Shown here in pieces: positions 56,765 through 64,000 of a stretch of 64,000 nucleotides of DNA. The stretch comes from the human T2T-CHM13v2.0 reference genome, Homo sapiens. How positions within the stretch are numbered: the first letter of the stretch is position 1; the number at the start of each line of letters is the position of its first letter. The notes below the pieces were generated by a model. The model was not told where the DNA came from. It ran no database searches and worked only from the letters and a program-made list of their open reading frames with translations. A program made the position numbers and the translations under genes. The stretch is taken from assembly GCF_009914755.1 (NCBI RefSeq), contig NC_060947.1; one strand, 5' to 3'.

Positions 56765-57590
56765 TGCCTGACCACAATAGAATTAATTTAGACACCAATT
56801 TTTAAAGATACTAGAAAATCTGTAAACATTTGTAAAAGCCATATCTTCTAAATACATCATGGGTCAAAAAAGAAGTCACAAGAAAATTAGAAAATGTTTT
56901 GAATTATATGATAACGAAAACATAATGTATCAAAATGTATATGATTTCTCTAAAGCAGTACTTGGAGGAAAACTTTCAGATTTAAAATGCTTATATTAGA
57001 TAAAAGAGTTTCTACCTTAAGAACCTAGAATTTTAAAAGAGCAAAGGTCAAATAAGTTGAAAACAGAAACTAATAAAAATGAAAGGGGGAAATCAATCAA
57101 ATAGAAAGCAGAAAAACAAACAGTAAAAGTTGCCTGTCTATGTGATTAATAAAATTGATAAACTTCTAGCTGGTCTGATAAAGAAAAAACTGAGGAACAT
57201 AAATTAACCAACATCAGGAATGAAAGTGAGAGTATCAGTACAGATTCTACAGATAATGAAAAGGTAATAAGGGAATAGTTAAACAACTTTATGCCAATAA
57301 AGTTGAAAATATAGATGAATTTTTAAAATCCTTGAAAAACATAATTTATAATTTATGAAAACTAACTAAAGACATTGAAAATATGAAAAGATTTACCTAT
57401 TTTAGGGAAATTATTAATATAACCTTTCCTGCAAAGAAAACTGAAGGCAAGGTTGACTTCACTTGTGAATCCTATCAAACATCTAAGAAAGAATTATAGC
57501 AATCTTACATAAAATCTTTCAGAAAAATATGAGGAATAAGACATTCCAATTCAATTTATTAGGCCAGAATAATCCTAATTCCAAAACCTA
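56765..57590 (+). mobile_element. Old L1M ORF2 fragment
   Basis: tgaccacaatagaatt; ctaaagcagtacttggaggaaaac; acaactttatgccaataa. Confidence 0.7.
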
Positions 57591-58101
57591 TGCATAGGGT
57601 ATATTTGAATATGCTCTCTTCAGGCCATTGCTTGTTTATAAATTTCAGACCAATATGAATAAAGCCCATGTAAAATACTTGAAGCCAATGTAATTTTTCC
57701 AGCCCTAGCTTGCAATACTTTAATCATAAGACTGTTGGTCATGACATTGGTCTTTATCAAAAAACAGTACCAAAGGGAGCAACAGTGATACAACTTTATG
57801 AGTTTCTCATAATTTAGTCATTAAATTTTAAAGAAATGATTTCTCCCCAACAACAAAACCAGTAGAAAGCTTTATCCATGCCAAAAGCTCAGAAATTAGT
57901 AAAAACGTTAATTTTTCTTGCCCTCCTATAGAAATTCCACTCATGCAATCAAACTAGCTTATCCAAAATGACTGTTATGTGCCAATCAAGCGGAAAAGTC
58001 AACTTTGCATCAGAAATAAGATACAGGTATTTCCTATGTATCTCTCCTATGTTTTACAGGAAGAATTCCGATAGCAACAAACTTCCCTCCCAAATACAGC
58101 A

Positions 58102-58334
58102 CAGTCGTCTCTCACTATATGTGGGAAATTAGTTCCAGCACCTACCTACCAAAATCCGTGCATACTCAAGTCCTGCAGTGGGCCCTGCAGAACCCGTGTA
58201 TACTAAAATTCAACCTGACTACATAGGGTTCACATCCTGTGAATCATGTATTTTTGAAGCACATTTGGTTAACAAAACCTGTATATAAGTGGACCTATGT
58301 CGTTCAAATCCATGTTGTTCAAGGGTCAAGTGTA
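58102..58334. mobile_element. MER8-like Tigger relic
   Basis: cagtcgtctctc...ttcaaatccatgttgttcaagggtcaagtgta, ~235 bp. Confidence 0.75.
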
Positions 58335-59081
58335 AATGACAGGGTTTAGTACTTAGCAGTGACTCCACTTCAGCCAAGAGTAGCTGGCTACTTTGTAAGC
58401 ATCAGAAAAGAAACACCCACAGGGGGACACCCACTGTACTATGACATCCAAATTGTATTTTGACAAAAAAATATTTCACAAATGCTTTCTTTCTGTATTT
58501 ACAAGAGATTCATACTAGATGAGAAAACAGCACATACCTCATTGAATTGTGGTTAACTGGTGTTTTGGGAAATATAATGAAAGGTGATTTTGACTACTTT
58601 TCTTTGCATAGGTTTTAAACATAACCATGTAAGAGGTTTACAGGGAGCCAGCTAGAAGGTGTTTGTCAAAAAAAAATAAAAAGATATCTGTGCATCTGTG
58701 TGTGTGTATGTATGTGTGTGTTTCAGCAGAGCTATTTCTTATTACAGTTCTGAAATTTTTTAAATTAAAAGACAAAGAACGACACTACCTAGAAGTCTAG
58801 CATGAGGACAGGAAGTTGTCTGGAATTTACTTACCAAAGTGATTTTATGAGAAGTAACTTGTGAAGACTTGGGTTAAAAGTAATGGAATCAATGCCAAAT
58901 TCCATACCTAGAAGTTTGTTGCAAGGAACATTTTGGAGAGGCATGCAATGATTTATATGCAAAAACATTTACTGTTGTGTTACTTAAAATAGAAACTTAC
59001 TAATAATAGCCTAGATGAGCAAAATTAGAAAAATAACACAGTTAACTACATGAAAAATATGCAGCCACTAAAAATCATGCT

Positions 59082-59088
<7 letters not shown>

Positions 59089-59137
<49 letters not shown>
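59089..59137. repeat. Perfect (AC)~24 microsatellite
   Basis: Direct read; uninterrupted, so likely length-polymorphic. Confidence 0.97.
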
Positions 59138-59139
<2 letters not shown>

Positions 59140-59602
59140 GTTGCATAGCATCCCTCAAACTTAATGTCAACCCAGAACATGGGAATAAGATCTGATTTGG
59201 AAGTACAATCTTTGCAGATGTAGTGAAGTTAAGATGAGGTCATACTAGATTAGGATAGGCCCTAATTCAATGACCAGTATCCTCATAAGAGGGGAATTTG
59301 GACATAGACACAGAAGGAGGATGTCATGTGAAGACAGAGACAGATTAGAGTGATGTGGATGTCATGTGAAGACACAGATAGATTAGATTGATGTTTATAC
59401 AAGCCAAGGAGTGCAAAGGATTGCATTAGAAGCTAGGAGAGAGGCATGGAACAGTTTCTCCCAAGCTTCCAGAAGGAACCAGCCCTGCCCACGTATTGAT
59501 TTTGTACTTGTAGCCTCCAGAGCTTTCAGAAAATAAATTTGTGTTGCTTGAAGCCACGCAGTTTGTGGTAATTTGTTATAGTAGCTCTAGGGAACAAATA
59601 CA
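59138..59602 (+). mobile_element. MLT1B/C-like solo LTR with an internal ~40-bp tandem duplication
   Basis: ttaagatgaggtcatactagattagg...tagggaacaaataca; ggatgtcatgtgaagaca occurs twice. Confidence 0.8.
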
Positions 59603-59687
59603 GTGTGCACGCACGTGTGTGTGTGTGTGTCTATCATGTTATAATATAGCTTTGAAAAGTATGATACAAAAAGGAATGTACGGAACT

Positions 59688-64000
<4,313 letters not shown>

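Overview
Human-type (hominid) genomic DNA with no recognisable protein-coding gene; every long ORF in the track derives from decayed L1, Alu, SVA or MaLR sequence. Most of the window is interspersed repeat: about a dozen L1 copies (L1MA- to L1PA-age), about 10 Alus including a near-consensus AluYa5, an SVA_A-like element, a cluster of ERV1 LTRs at 10-27 kb with a two-LTR MER39-like provirus, an MSTA-like provirus, DNA-transposon relics, a U13 snoRNA retrocopy and a U2 snRNA fragment. The most unusual structures seen in the sequence are: (1) a ~790-bp, ~99%-identical inverted tract shared by two otherwise clearly diverged old L1s 13 kb apart, indicating gene conversion and a candidate inversion substrate; (2) a ~365-bp local segment re-inserted 1.6 kb away both inverted and circularly permuted, suggesting a circular-DNA intermediate; (3) an antisense U2 snRNA piece fused to an L1 inside one target-site duplication (TSD); and (4) smaller mutational fossils (poly(A)-only insertion, template-switch hairpin in an Alu, twin-primed L1). 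I found no evidence of a novel gene system. Repeat subfamily names are by-eye recognition from memory of consensus sequences and need RepeatMasker/Dfam confirmation.
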